Positions 1 through 10,087 of a stretch of 64,000 nt of DNA are shown here, piece after piece. The stretch covers positions 3,528-67,527 of the forward strand of contig MHVH01000005.1 of assembly GCA_001825155.1 (NCBI GenBank), in the 5' to 3' direction. This stretch comes from Candidatus Zambryskibacteria bacterium RIFCSPHIGHO2_01_FULL_46_25. GTDB taxonomy: Bacteria; Patescibacteriota; Minisyncoccia; Phycocordibacterales; Zambryskibacteraceae. The position numbers and the translations under genes were made by a program. The notes beneath the pieces were generated by a model. It searched no databases. It was not told the DNA's origin and saw only the letters and a program-made list of their open reading frames with translations. The number at the start of each line of letters is the position of its first letter. Position 1 is the first letter of the stretch.

Positions 1-512
1 CAGATGAGTATCAGCACGGCGCGGAGGAAGCGGGGCACGAGGTAAGGAGGATGAATCTGGGGGAAATGCGATTCGACCCCATCCTTCGGCACGGCTATCG
101 CTCTATCCAGGAACTTGAGCCGGATCTCAAAGCGTTTCAAGAGAACGTGAGTTGGTGCGAACACTTCGTCATCTTCTATCCGACCTGGTGGTCCACTATG
201 CCCGCGCTCCTCAAAGGCATTTTCGACCGGGCATGGCTTCCCGGTTTCGCTTACAAATTTACAAGCAGTTTCAGCTGGAAGAAATTGCACAAAGGCAAGA
301 CTGCGAGAGTCGTCATCACTTCCGACAACATCCCTTTCGCCGCCTACATCCTTTTCGGCGACACATCGAATGAAATCGCGAGAGCCATCCTCTGGTTTGC
401 CGGGTTTAAAGTGAGGATAAAAAAATTCGGCTACCTCAAACATTTCGGCTCCACCGGCCGCCGCGAGCGTATCAAACGCAAGGTTTATAATTTTGGGAAA
501 AAGGCGAAATAA
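1..512 (+). CDS. NAD(P)H dehydrogenase (quinone)/flavodoxin-like fold protein, 5-prime-truncated by window edge
   Basis: Reading frame is open from the window start (…DEYQHGAEEAGHEV…). C-terminal part carries the YPTWWSTMPALLKGIFDRAW motif typical of MdaB/NQO-type flavodoxin_2 proteins. Stop at 510-512. Confidence 0.55.
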   Translation, partial: DEYQHGAEEAGHEVRRMNLGEMRFDPILRHGYRSIQELEPDLKAFQENVSWCEHFVIFYPTWWSTMPALLKGIFDRAWLPGFAYKFTSSFSWKKLHKGKTARVVITSDNIPFAAYILFGDTSNEIARAILWFAGFKVRIKKFGYLKHFGSTGRRERIKRKVYNFGKKAK

Positions 513-712
513 ATGTCAAAGCTATCTGTCGGAACGGGGTGAACACAAGACAACATCCTAGACTAGACAACTCCATTCGTTATATCTCTTCGGCGGAGCG
601 CATCTCGTTTGAATTTAAGGTTAAGATACCTCTTCCAAGGAAGCTGTTTGGGAATCCGTAGATATTTATCGAATTATTAAAAAGACAGCCAACCCACGGA
701 ATGGGCTGGCTA

Positions 713-1396
713 TCATCTGCGAGAAGACTGCCTCTGGATGAAATTTGGGTTTGCTGTTGGATCGATAACCCGCATCTCATCGAGAAGAGAGAATGTTCCG
801 TTCCTATAGGATAGTCGTTTGAGTTCGCAGTGACGTGGATGGGCTAGTGACTCAAAGTATTCTTCTGTCCAGCCGAGCAGGCTCATTAAGAGGACACGAA
901 ACTCGAAGCCGTGGGTAATCACAAGCGTACACCCCTTCGATTTGTCTCGCGCTCTCTTTTGAAGTTTTTCAGCGAACAGACTGAAGCGGTTTAGCATTTC
1001 AGTACCGTTCTCACCACCAGGGAATTGGTAGCGAAGTACTCCCGTCAGATATCGTTGTTTCTCGATAACTGAGCGGTTGTGAATCGTTACGTTACCCCAG
1101 TTCTGTTTTGCGATGAGATGTTCTGTGGTCAGCGACCACTTAATGCGTGTGGGCATTGCCGACACCATAATTCCTGCCGTCTCCAATACCCGTTTACTGG
1201 GTGACAAGATTAGGTGTAGGTGCTTGCACATACCGAGGTGTTCAATCAGGCTCTGCCCCATGGATAAGGCCTGATCTTTCCCTTTGTCGCTGAGCGGCAT
1301 GTCTTCATCCGCGATGCGTTCATATGCGGATTTGTCGATGTCCTCCAGTGATTCGGCATGCCGCATCACGAAGAACATCTTGTCTTGTGTGTTCAT
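713..1396 (-). CDS. histidine phosphatase superfamily protein (phosphoglycerate-mutase-like)
   Basis: N-terminal RHAES motif (catalytic Arg-His of branch-1 histidine phosphatases) and a later THG motif. 227 aa. Confidence 0.7.
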   Translation of the reverse strand: MNTQDKMFFVMRHAESLEDIDKSAYERIADEDMPLSDKGKDQALSMGQSLIEHLGMCKHLHLILSPSKRVLETAGIMVSAMPTRIKWSLTTEHLIAKQNWGNVTIHNRSVIEKQRYLTGVLRYQFPGGENGTEMLNRFSLFAEKLQKRARDKSKGCTLVITHGFEFRVLLMSLLGWTEEYFESLAHPRHCELKRLSYRNGTFSLLDEMRVIDPTANPNFIQRQSSRR

Positions 1397-1448
1397 TCGT
1401 GACCTCCGTCATTGACAGGAAAACGTTTCTTTAGATATAATACCAGCT

Positions 1449-2009
1449 ATGAGTTCAGAAGTCAATATGTCCAAGTCGCTAGCTACATTTTTTCAAAAAG
1501 ACGTTTTTCCAAGCAAAAATGATAATTGGAAGGATCTTCTTTTTGAAGATCGGCTGACAGGAAAAGCTATTGTGTTTGATAATGAAAATAAAATAGCATT
1601 GGTTGGTACCAAAGTTAATTCTCTCTATCAACTTCCTGGCGGTGGAATAGATAGTAACGAATCTATTGAAGATGGTGTGATTAGAGAATGTTTGGAAGAG
1701 ATTGGGTGTGAAGTTACTCTTATAAAAAAGATTGGGGTGATTGATGATTATAGAAATAGAGATAAAAAACATTGCATTAACCACTGCTATGCAGCTAAAT
1801 TAGTTGGAGAAAAAGGCGCCCCCGCTCTTACAGAAGATGAGGCGAAAAATGGATTGCATGTAGTCTGGGTTTCTCTAGATGAAGCAGTCCAAATATTCGA
1901 TAAAGAAGTTTTACAACTGAAAAAGGGTGAAATACCTTTTTACAATACTGGTTACAATATTTTGCGAGATATATTCTTTCTTAAAGAGATGCAAAAGAAT
2001 ATTCAATGA
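1449..2009 (+). CDS. NUDIX hydrolase
   Basis: Nudix box GGIDSNESIEDGVIRECLEEIGC fits Gx5Ex7REUxEExGU. Lies in an AT-rich segment. Divergent from the histidine phosphatase gene. Confidence 0.8.
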   Translation: MSSEVNMSKSLATFFQKDVFPSKNDNWKDLLFEDRLTGKAIVFDNENKIALVGTKVNSLYQLPGGGIDSNESIEDGVIRECLEEIGCEVTLIKKIGVIDDYRNRDKKHCINHCYAAKLVGEKGAPALTEDEAKNGLHVVWVSLDEAVQIFDKEVLQLKKGEIPFYNTGYNILRDIFFLKEMQKNIQ

Positions 2010-2010
2010 A

Positions 2011-3033
2011 ATGACCAGGATCTTCCTTTTAACTGATTATCGAAGACAATTTTATTCATCAACAAAAAGTAGAGGGGGTGGAATAGACCTTATTCGATTG
2101 GCAGAATATTTTAAAAAATTAAATTTTGATTTAGTGGTGATGCCTTTTTCTGAGGTTGATCTACGAACACAAAATTATAAAAACGAATGGGTTTTATATC
2201 AATCCTCCGAAGATCCCAGTTTGTTTTATAGAAGTTATCTAGACGATATTGTCTTGGGACTATTCCTACAAGGGGCGAGGCTTATTCCTGACATCTATAA
2301 GTTTCGTGCCCACCACAATAAGCATTTTATGGAGATTCTACGAGATGTATCTGATATACCAGAAATAAAAAATATCAAGTCTGATCGCTACGGCACATAC
2401 GAAGATTATCTAAAGAATATAAATAAATTTAAAAACAATTCCTATGTATTGAAATCAAGTAATACATCAAAAAGTCGTGGAGTGTTTTTACTAAATAATA
2501 TAAAAGATAAATTAACTATACCAAGGAAAATATCTAACACTTTTTCTCTCAGAAATATTCAATACTATTTTGAAAGGTTAAGAACGGGTAAAAAACCTTT
2601 ATATATATCAAACAACCGAAAAAAATTCATTCTCCAGCCCTATATTGCCAGTCTTCAGGGGGATTATCGTGTTGTAGTGTATGGCGACAAGTTCTACGTT
2701 CTATATAGATCCAATAGAAAAAATGATTTTCGAGCTAGTGGAAGTATGATGTTTAACTATGAAATCGAATTGCCTCCTAACCTTTTAAATTTCGCCAAGA
2801 AAGTTTTTGATGGTTTTGATGTCCCATATATAGCGCTTGATATTGGTGTAAAAGATAACAATTTCTTTGTGTTTGAATTTCAATTTCTATCTTTTGGTCA
2901 ATACACACTTGAAAAATCAAAGTTCTTCTATCGACTTGAGGATAAGGATTGGATTAAGATATTTGAAGAGCCAGATCTTGAAAGAGAAATTTCTATATCT
3001 GTAATGAAGTTTATTAGTAAGCCAAAAAACTAA
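2011..3033 (+). CDS. ATP-grasp fold protein (RimK/D-Ala-D-Ala-ligase-like), function unknown
   Basis: ATG at 2011 directly after the NUDIX stop (ATGA overlap). C-terminal motifs (YRVVVYGDKFY, ALDIGVKDNNFFVFEFQ) resemble ATP-grasp carboxylate-amine ligases. AT-rich. Confidence 0.5.
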   Translation: MTRIFLLTDYRRQFYSSTKSRGGGIDLIRLAEYFKKLNFDLVVMPFSEVDLRTQNYKNEWVLYQSSEDPSLFYRSYLDDIVLGLFLQGARLIPDIYKFRAHHNKHFMEILRDVSDIPEIKNIKSDRYGTYEDYLKNINKFKNNSYVLKSSNTSKSRGVFLLNNIKDKLTIPRKISNTFSLRNIQYYFERLRTGKKPLYISNNRKKFILQPYIASLQGDYRVVVYGDKFYVLYRSNRKNDFRASGSMMFNYEIELPPNLLNFAKKVFDGFDVPYIALDIGVKDNNFFVFEFQFLSFGQYTLEKSKFFYRLEDKDWIKIFEEPDLEREISISVMKFISKPKN

Positions 3034-3037
3034 ATAT

Positions 3038-4771
3038 ATGTGCGGAATAGCTGGTTTTATAGATAAAAGTAATAAATATGATATTGCTGAGAGGGAAGAT
3101 CTTCTTCATCGAATGTTGGGCTTGATTGAGCATAGGGGAGGTGACTCTATGGGTATTAAAACTATAGGTTCGGTTACGATGGGTCATACCAGGTTATCAA
3201 TATTAGACGCAGATAAGCGAGCCTATCAGCCTATGGCAAGTGATAACACGGTGCTCTCTTTTAATGGTGAGATATATAATCACTCAAAACTTCGAAGTCA
3301 ATACTGTAAGAGTCAAAAAATAAGTTCTTACTCAGACACCTCAACACTTTTTGCTTTGTTGCAAACACTTTCGTTAAAGAAAGTACTGGCTCTAATTCAC
3401 GGTATGTATGCGTTTAGTTTCTTAGACATGAGAAACAAATCATTAAGCCTTATTTTAGATAAACTAGCAATCAAACCATTGTATTATGTAGACACTCCAG
3501 ATTTTTTTGCTTGGGCTTCAGAAATAAAAGCTTTCAAAGCAATTCCCGGTTTTAAGTTTAAGTTTCGTGATGATGGCTTGGAAGAATTTATGTGTTTTAG
3601 ATATATTGTTGGTGAAAAAACTTTATTTAAGAATATATACAAGATGCAAGCTGGTGAAATCTTAACTTTTTCGCTTAAGACAAATTTTTTTAACAAAAAA
3701 ATATATTACAAACTACAGAAATCAAAAAAACAAAGTGGATCATCCTTGAGCAGACTCTTAAAAGATAGTGTTTATAATCATCTGATGAGTGATATTCCAA
3801 CTGGAATCCAATTGAGTGGCGGGGTAGATTCTAGTCTGGTAGCTTATTTTGCCCAGAAGTTTTCTAAAAAACCACTTCATACATTTTCTATAGGTTTAAA
3901 AAACAATAAGTGGAATGAGTTTATATATTCTGATATGGTGGCGAAACTTTTGAAAACCAACCATCATAAAATAACTTTTTCAAAACGAGACTTTATTAGG
4001 TTGTTTTCAAAGCTCACCTATCATCTAGATGAGCCTATTGTTCATCCAAACACTATTCCTATGTATTTACTAGCAAAAGAAGCAAGAAAATACACAAAAG
4101 TTCTATTAACTGGTGAAGGGGCGGACGAAGTATTTTATGGGTACAACAGATATTTTCAAAAGCTTTTGAAATCAAGTAAAGACATCCTTATTTCCAATTC
4201 ATTTACTGACCCGAAGTTTGTCTCGTCTATCTTAAAAAAGTTTAACCCCGTTTTCTTGAAAAGACTAGCAATCATAAAAAATGTGGAAGGAGCAAGTATA
4301 GTCAATAGGGTGAGCTATTATGACGTTTATAGTTATTTACCACATGTCCTATTGAGGCAAGATAAGGCGGGAATGGTAGCGAATATAGAAAATAGGGTGC
4401 CTTTTCTTTATGATTCTGTTTGTGAGTACGGCTATAATTCAAAAGACAAAGTTGGAAAATATGGTGGTAAGAACTCAATTAAAAAGATCGCACTAAAATA
4501 TCTTCCTAAAGATTTAGTCTTAAGAAAGAAAATAGGTTTTGGCTTACCAATTTCCAACTGGCTGAAAGACAATAGTGGGTTTTTACCACACCTTTCTAAT
4601 TTAAAAAATCATCAAATAATTAAAAGGTATTTTATTAAAAGTGAGATTAATCAGCTTATTAATGAACATGTAGCAGAGGATAATGATCACTCAAGTATAC
4701 TGTTTACTCTCATTAGTTTGATGACATGGTATGACATTTTTATAAACACTTCCTTACCACATAAACCATAA
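3038..4771 (+). CDS. asnB: asparagine synthase (glutamine-hydrolysing), AsnB family, copy 1
   Basis: N-terminal MCGIAG (class II glutamine amidotransferase nucleophile Cys2). PP-loop SGGVDSS. 577 aa. AT-rich. Confidence 0.85.
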   Translation: MCGIAGFIDKSNKYDIAEREDLLHRMLGLIEHRGGDSMGIKTIGSVTMGHTRLSILDADKRAYQPMASDNTVLSFNGEIYNHSKLRSQYCKSQKISSYSDTSTLFALLQTLSLKKVLALIHGMYAFSFLDMRNKSLSLILDKLAIKPLYYVDTPDFFAWASEIKAFKAIPGFKFKFRDDGLEEFMCFRYIVGEKTLFKNIYKMQAGEILTFSLKTNFFNKKIYYKLQKSKKQSGSSLSRLLKDSVYNHLMSDIPTGIQLSGGVDSSLVAYFAQKFSKKPLHTFSIGLKNNKWNEFIYSDMVAKLLKTNHHKITFSKRDFIRLFSKLTYHLDEPIVHPNTIPMYLLAKEARKYTKVLLTGEGADEVFYGYNRYFQKLLKSSKDILISNSFTDPKFVSSILKKFNPVFLKRLAIIKNVEGASIVNRVSYYDVYSYLPHVLLRQDKAGMVANIENRVPFLYDSVCEYGYNSKDKVGKYGGKNSIKKIALKYLPKDLVLRKKIGFGLPISNWLKDNSGFLPHLSNLKNHQIIKRYFIKSEINQLINEHVAEDNDHSSILFTLISLMTWYDIFINTSLPHKP

Positions 4772-4821
4772 ATAGAGGGTTATTTTATTTCTTGTCATTA
4801 TGAGATACTCTTAATTTCATC

Positions 4822-5637
4822 ATGTCACTCAAAATAGGTATTGTCGGTCTCCCGAACGTTGGTAAATCCACGCTCTTCAACGCGCTCACCAAGCAGTCTG
4901 TGCCGGCGGAGAATTATCCTTTCTGCACCATTGATCCATCTGTTGGCATCGTGCCGGTGCCAGATGAGAGACTAGATAAACTCTCCGTTCTTTCGAAATC
5001 GAAGAAGACTATTCCGGCCGTGGTCGAGTTCGTCGACATCGCGGGCCTCGTGAGAGGCGCTTCGGAAGGGGAAGGTCTGGGCAACAAATTTCTCTCCCAC
5101 ATACGCGAAGTGGACGCCATTATTGAAGTGGTGCGAATTTTCGAAGACAAAGAAATAATCCACGTGCACGACAAGGTCGACCCGCTTTTCGATATCGAAA
5201 TCATCAATCTGGAGTTGAAAGCGGCGGGGATAGATAAACCGATTCTCTACGTTGTAAACACCAGCGAGGCTTCAGAGAACAGACGCGAGATGCTCGACAA
5301 GATTCCCGGGCCCTACATCGAGATAGATCCCATTTTCGGCACGGGCTTGGACAAACTTATCATCGAAGCATACAAGCTTCTCGACCTTATAACTTTTCTT
5401 ACGACTGGGGAGAAAGAAAGCAGAGCGTGGACGACGCATCGCGGGGCCACCGCGCCGGAAGCGGGCAAGTCTATCCACACCGATTTCAAAGACAAATTCA
5501 TCCGCGCCGAAGTCATACACTGGGATAAGCTTCTCGAAGCGGGCTCTTACGTTGCCGCCCGCGCCAAGGGCTGGGTCCGCATCGAAGGCAAAGAGTACAT
5601 CGTCCAAGATGGCGACGTCATGGAGTTTCTTATCTAG
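4822..5637 (+). CDS. ychF: Obg-family ribosome-binding ATPase YchF (compact form)
   Basis: G1 [16 protein letters not shown]3 motif, C-terminal TGS-like region (…[21 protein letters not shown]). 271 aa, shorter than the usual 360 or so. Confidence 0.8.
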   Translation: MSLKIGIVGLPNVGKSTLFNALTKQSVPAENYPFCTIDPSVGIVPVPDERLDKLSVLSKSKKTIPAVVEFVDIAGLVRGASEGEGLGNKFLSHIREVDAIIEVVRIFEDKEIIHVHDKVDPLFDIEIINLELKAAGIDKPILYVVNTSEASENRREMLDKIPGPYIEIDPIFGTGLDKLIIEAYKLLDLITFLTTGEKESRAWTTHRGATAPEAGKSIHTDFKDKFIRAEVIHWDKLLEAGSYVAARAKGWVRIEGKEYIVQDGDVMEFLI

Positions 5638-5655
5638 CCGTCATATAATAGGCAT

Positions 5656-6210
5656 ATGAATACTTCAAATCGCATCGGGAAGTGGTCAGTCATTATCGGC
5701 ATTATGATTGTGCTTAACCTCTTCTTCAATTACGCTCTCTCGCTCGCTTACAAGAGCCCGGAGTACAACAATTTCTGTCCAAACGAGCAGGTTATCAACA
5801 TTCCCGATGATCAGAACGAGTGCGTGGCCCAGGGAGGCCAATGGACGGACAATGGCTACTACGGCAAACCTATGCCGGTCGGAGAAGTCGTTCCCATAGG
5901 TTATTGCGACCTCCAGTATACTTGCCGGCAAGAGTTTGAAGACGCGATGAAGAGCTACAACAGAAACATTTTCATTGTCTTGGTGGTTCTTGGAGCCGTG
6001 AGCGTCCTCGCAGGCAATTTCTTCGTTGGCAATGAGGTGATTGCCGGCGGCCTCTCGCTTGCCGGCGTGCTCTCTTTCCTCGTCGCCTCCGTACGCTACT
6101 GGAGCTCGGCCAATGACCTCATTCGCGTCATCATCCTCGCCATCGCCCTTGGACTCCTCTTCTGGATAGCGATTAAAAAATTCAACCAACGATCGACAAC
6201 CAACAACTAA
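5656..6210 (+). CDS. hypothetical membrane protein
   Basis: N-terminal and C-terminal hydrophobic helices. Competing minus-strand ORF 5686..6654 overlaps leuS and is judged spurious. Confidence 0.4.
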   Translation: MNTSNRIGKWSVIIGIMIVLNLFFNYALSLAYKSPEYNNFCPNEQVINIPDDQNECVAQGGQWTDNGYYGKPMPVGEVVPIGYCDLQYTCRQEFEDAMKSYNRNIFIVLVVLGAVSVLAGNFFVGNEVIAGGLSLAGVLSFLVASVRYWSSANDLIRVIILAIALGLLFWIAIKKFNQRSTTNN

Positions 6211-6216
6211 CAATAG

Positions 6217-8985
6217 ATGCAGGAATACGACCCGAAAAATATAGAAGCGAAGTGGCAGAAAGAGTGGGAGAAATCCGGTCTTTATCGTGCAGAGGATTCT
6301 TCCGAAAGGCCCAAGTATTACTCTCTCATTGAGTTTCCTTATCCTTCCGGCGATGGCTTGCATGTCGGTCATCCTCGCCCGTATATCGGCATGGATGTCA
6401 TTTCGAGGAAGAAGAGGATGGACGGCTTCAACGTGCTTTATCCCATAGGCTGGGACGCCTTCGGTTTGCCAACGGAGAATTATGCCATCAAGACCGGCCG
6501 TCCTCCGTCCGAAATTACGAAAGAGAATACCGACACATTCCGCAGACAAATCCAGTCTCTCGGAATATCTTTCGACTGGTCGCGGGAGATAAACACGACC
6601 GACCCGAAATATTACAAATGGACACAGTGGCTCTTCTTGAAATTTCTCGAACATGGTCTGGCGTACAAAGCAAAAATTCCGATTAATTGGTGTCCGCAGG
6701 ACAAAATTGGTTTAGCGAACGAAGAAGTCTTGTCCGTTGGCGGACAAGAAGTCTGCGAACGCTGCGGCACGCCGGTCGAACAGAGGGAGAAAGAGCAATG
6801 GATGCTTGCCATTATTAAGTACGCGGAGAAACTTTTGAGTGACCTGGACACTGTTGATTATCCCGAGCGCGTCAAAGTTCAGCAGAAAAATTGGATTGGA
6901 AAATCTGAAGGAGCGGAGATAGAATTTAAAATCAAAAATCAAAAACCAAAAATCAAAGTTTTTACCACTAGGCCGGATACCATTTTTGGCGCGACTTTTT
7001 TGGTAAAAGCGGGAAAAGAAGACAAATTCACGGGAAAGTATGCCATCAATCCGGCTACTAAAGAAGAGATTCCGATTTGGGAAGCAGAATATGTCATGGG
7101 CGACTACGGCACCGGAGCCATTATGGGCGTACCCGCGCATGATGAAAGGGATTATGATTTTGCTATTAAGCATGATTTGCAGATAAAACACGTAATAATG
7201 CCAGTTTTGCCGGATCCGACCAATCCTCATCGAACCGACAAAGAAGTCATTGTTCGCAAAGTTACTTTAAGCATCATCTATGATCCGAAAGCAAAGAAAT
7301 ATCTGTCTCTAAAATGGAAAAAAGTTCCGTGGAGAACTTTTATCACCGGTGGAATCGAAGAGGGGGAAGATCCGATACTGGCCGCAAGAAGGGAAATAGC
7401 GGAAGAAACAGGATACACGGATATTAATCTGGTTAGAGTCCTGGGAGGCAAGACCCAAGCGGAATTCTACGCGGAACACAAGGGCGTTAATCGCATCGCG
7501 TATGACACTTTGATCCTTTTTGAACTTGTAAGCGATGCGCGTCAGACAGTGGCAGCCGAAGAACTCGATAAACACGAGGTCGAATGGATAACCGAAGACG
7601 AATTTAAGAATGCGCGCATAAATCACTCGGAAATAGACATCATCAGGAAACGCATCGAGACCGGCAAGGATTTTTATATCGGAGAAGGCGTTCTCGTAGA
7701 TTCAGAAGGATTTGACGGTTCATCTAGCGAAGAAGCAAGGGGAAAGATTACCGAGAAATTTGGCAAAAAGGTTGTCAAATACAAACTCCGGGACTGGGTT
7801 TTTTCGAGGCAGAGATACTGGGGCGAGCCAATACCGGTTGTGCATTGCGCTAAGTGCGGCATTGTGCCGGTGCCGGAGAAAGATTTGCCGGTGCTGTTGC
7901 CGAAAGTCAAGAATTACGAGCCTACCGATACGGGCGAATCGCCGCTCGCGGCCATAGAAGAATGGGTCAATACATCGTGCCCTAAGTGCGGTGGCGATGC
8001 CAAGAGAGAGACCGACACCATGCCCAACTGGGCCGGTTCTTCGTGGTATTTCCTCGCTTATCTTTTCGACAAAAAGGGATTTGAGAATCCCGCATCCATT
8101 GAAAATTGGAAATTGCAAATTGAAAATTTCCGGCATTTCATGCCGGTTGACTGGTACAACGGTGGTATGGAGCACACGGTACTTCATCTTCTCTATTCGC
8201 GTTTCTGGAACAAATTCCTGTTTGATATTGGTCTTGTGCCGACAAGCGAGCCGTACAAGAAGCGCACTTCCCACGGTCTGATTCTCGCCGAAGGGGGAGA
8301 GAAGATGAGTAAGTCGAAGGGCAATGTCATTAATCCGGACGCAATCGTCGAGCGCTTCGGCGCGGATACCCTGCGGGTCTATGAGATGTTCATGGGCCCC
8401 TTCGAGCAGGCGATAGGGTGGAGTGAGGCATCGCTTGTCGGACCGAGAAAATTTTTAGAGAGGGTTTGGCGGTTGAAAGATAAAATTCACCAAGGCAAGG
8501 CCTTAGATACCAATTCCCAAGGCCTTGCCTTGGTTCATCGAACTATCAAGAAAGTGACTAATGATATCGAAGCGATGGGATTCAACACCGCAGTATCAAC
8601 CCTGATGATTTTTGCGAATGACTTGGAAAAAAGAAAAGGAATCTCTCAAGAAGAATACGAAACATTGCTAAAGTTGTTAGCGCCATTCGCGCCGCACATG
8701 ACAGAAGAATCGTGGCACCAACTTGGACATTCGATGTCCAAATCGATTCACGAAGAGCTCTGGCCCAAGTTCGATGAAACAAAACTTGTATCTGAGACTG
8801 TTACGATTGTGGTTCAGGTCAACGGCAAGGTACGTGCGAAGTTTACGACCCAGTCTATCGTGGAAGAAAAAGAGGCTATCGACTTGGCAATGAACTTACC
8901 CGAAACGCAAAAGTGGGTTGGGGATAAGAAGGTGGAGAAGACCATTTATGTGCCTGGAAAACTGGTAAATATCGTGGCAACTTGA
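6217..8985 (+). CDS. leuS: leucyl-tRNA synthetase with embedded Nudix-like domain
   Basis: HVGH (HIGH) motif, TTRPDT CP1 motif, KMSKS, C-terminal VQVNGKVRAK. About 140-aa insertion at aa 341-470 containing a perfect Nudix box GGIEEGEDPILAARREIAEETGY. Confidence 0.95.
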   Translation: MQEYDPKNIEAKWQKEWEKSGLYRAEDSSERPKYYSLIEFPYPSGDGLHVGHPRPYIGMDVISRKKRMDGFNVLYPIGWDAFGLPTENYAIKTGRPPSEITKENTDTFRRQIQSLGISFDWSREINTTDPKYYKWTQWLFLKFLEHGLAYKAKIPINWCPQDKIGLANEEVLSVGGQEVCERCGTPVEQREKEQWMLAIIKYAEKLLSDLDTVDYPERVKVQQKNWIGKSEGAEIEFKIKNQKPKIKVFTTRPDTIFGATFLVKAGKEDKFTGKYAINPATKEEIPIWEAEYVMGDYGTGAIMGVPAHDERDYDFAIKHDLQIKHVIMPVLPDPTNPHRTDKEVIVRKVTLSIIYDPKAKKYLSLKWKKVPWRTFITGGIEEGEDPILAARREIAEETGYTDINLVRVLGGKTQAEFYAEHKGVNRIAYDTLILFELVSDARQTVAAEELDKHEVEWITEDEFKNARINHSEIDIIRKRIETGKDFYIGEGVLVDSEGFDGSSSEEARGKITEKFGKKVVKYKLRDWVFSRQRYWGEPIPVVHCAKCGIVPVPEKDLPVLLPKVKNYEPTDTGESPLAAIEEWVNTSCPKCGGDAKRETDTMPNWAGSSWYFLAYLFDKKGFENPASIENWKLQIENFRHFMPVDWYNGGMEHTVLHLLYSRFWNKFLFDIGLVPTSEPYKKRTSHGLILAEGGEKMSKSKGNVINPDAIVERFGADTLRVYEMFMGPFEQAIGWSEASLVGPRKFLERVWRLKDKIHQGKALDTNSQGLALVHRTIKKVTNDIEAMGFNTAVSTLMIFANDLEKRKGISQEEYETLLKLLAPFAPHMTEESWHQLGHSMSKSIHEELWPKFDETKLVSETVTIVVQVNGKVRAKFTTQSIVEEKEAIDLAMNLPETQKWVGDKKVEKTIYVPGKLVNIVAT
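8098..8131. repeat. ATTGAAAATT-type 12-nt tandem repeat cluster, in-frame inside leuS (encodes IENWKLQIENF)
   Basis: attgaaaattggaaattgcaaattgaaaatttcc. Same repeat family as 32437..32470 and 34287..34319. Confidence 0.6.
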
Positions 8986-9032
8986 CACGGGTTGACATGG
9001 GAGTATGGTAATGATACAAATAACAGAAAGAT

Positions 9033-10067
9033 ATGGAAAAAATAGCAACCAGCTTTAAGCCGAAGGACGCAACCAAGAAGCTTTTGTCGATTCTCACCAA
9101 GCGTGGTCAGGATGTCATCGTCTCGCGCTATGGTCTCAGCGCCAAGGCGCAGAAACTCACACTTGACGCTATCGGCAAGAAATACAACATTACCCGTGAG
9201 CGCGTCCGCCAAATCGAGAATCATTCTCTCGCCGTTGTGCGAAAGTCAAAGGCATACAAAGAGACCCAGCCGGTTTTCGATGAACTCAAGGAAATTGTTT
9301 CCGCTCTCGGCGGAATCGTAGCGGAGAAAGACCTTTTGAAGCACTTGAGCAAGGATCTGGCCATCCAGAACCATTACCACTTTCTCCTGGTTATCGGAGA
9401 AGAATTCAAGCGTGAGAAAGAAGATGAGGAATTCCATCACCGCTGGAATGTGGATCAGGAGCTCGCGCAGAAGATCCAGAATACCTTAAAGAAGCTTTAC
9501 GCCAAGCTTACCGACGACGAGCTCGTGGTCGAGGGCGACCTCATAAGCTCTTTCCTCGAAGAGGTTAAGGATTTGAACGAAAAGTACAAGGACGAAGAGA
9601 TTATCAAGCGATGGCTTGGCATTTCTCACAAGATTGGCAAGAATCCTCTCGGCGAGTGGGGCAGAACCTCGTCTCCCAACGTCAATGCTAAGGGTATGCG
9701 CGACTACGCCTTCCTCGTCATTAGGAAGCACGGTTCGCCTATCCATTTCAAAGAAGTGGCCAAGGCTATTACCCAGTATTTCAATAAGAAGGCTCACGTG
9801 GCCACTACTCACAACGAGCTCATCAAGGACAAGCGCTTTGTTCTCGTTGGACGCGGTCTCTACGCTCTCGCCGAATGGGGCTACATGTCGGGCGTGGTTA
9901 AGGACGTCATCCGCAGCATTCTCACCAAAGAAGGCCCTCTGACCAAAGAAAAAATCGTTGAGAAAGTGCTCAAAGAACGTTACGTCAAAGAGAACACCAT
10001 TCTTGTTAATCTTCAGAATTCGAAATATTTCAAGAAAGACAAAGAGGGGAGGTATTCAAACGTTTAA
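9033..10067 (+). CDS. sigma-70 region-4-like HTH domain protein
   Basis: N-terminal …LDAIGKKYNITRERVRQIENHSLAVVRK matches the sigma-70 region 4.2 HTH signature. Rest unassignable. Confidence 0.5.
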   Translation: MEKIATSFKPKDATKKLLSILTKRGQDVIVSRYGLSAKAQKLTLDAIGKKYNITRERVRQIENHSLAVVRKSKAYKETQPVFDELKEIVSALGGIVAEKDLLKHLSKDLAIQNHYHFLLVIGEEFKREKEDEEFHHRWNVDQELAQKIQNTLKKLYAKLTDDELVVEGDLISSFLEEVKDLNEKYKDEEIIKRWLGISHKIGKNPLGEWGRTSSPNVNAKGMRDYAFLVIRKHGSPIHFKEVAKAITQYFNKKAHVATTHNELIKDKRFVLVGRGLYALAEWGYMSGVVKDVIRSILTKEGPLTKEKIVEKVLKERYVKENTILVNLQNSKYFKKDKEGRYSNV

Positions 10068-10087
10068 TCTCGGGGTAGAATATAAGA

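Noticed and set aside
5686-6654. 322-aa minus-strand ORF overlapping the membrane-protein gene and the first 440 nt of leuS
   Set aside because: It overlaps an unambiguous leuS N-terminus with the HVGH motif. No motifs. Typical antisense ORF in GC-balanced coding DNA.
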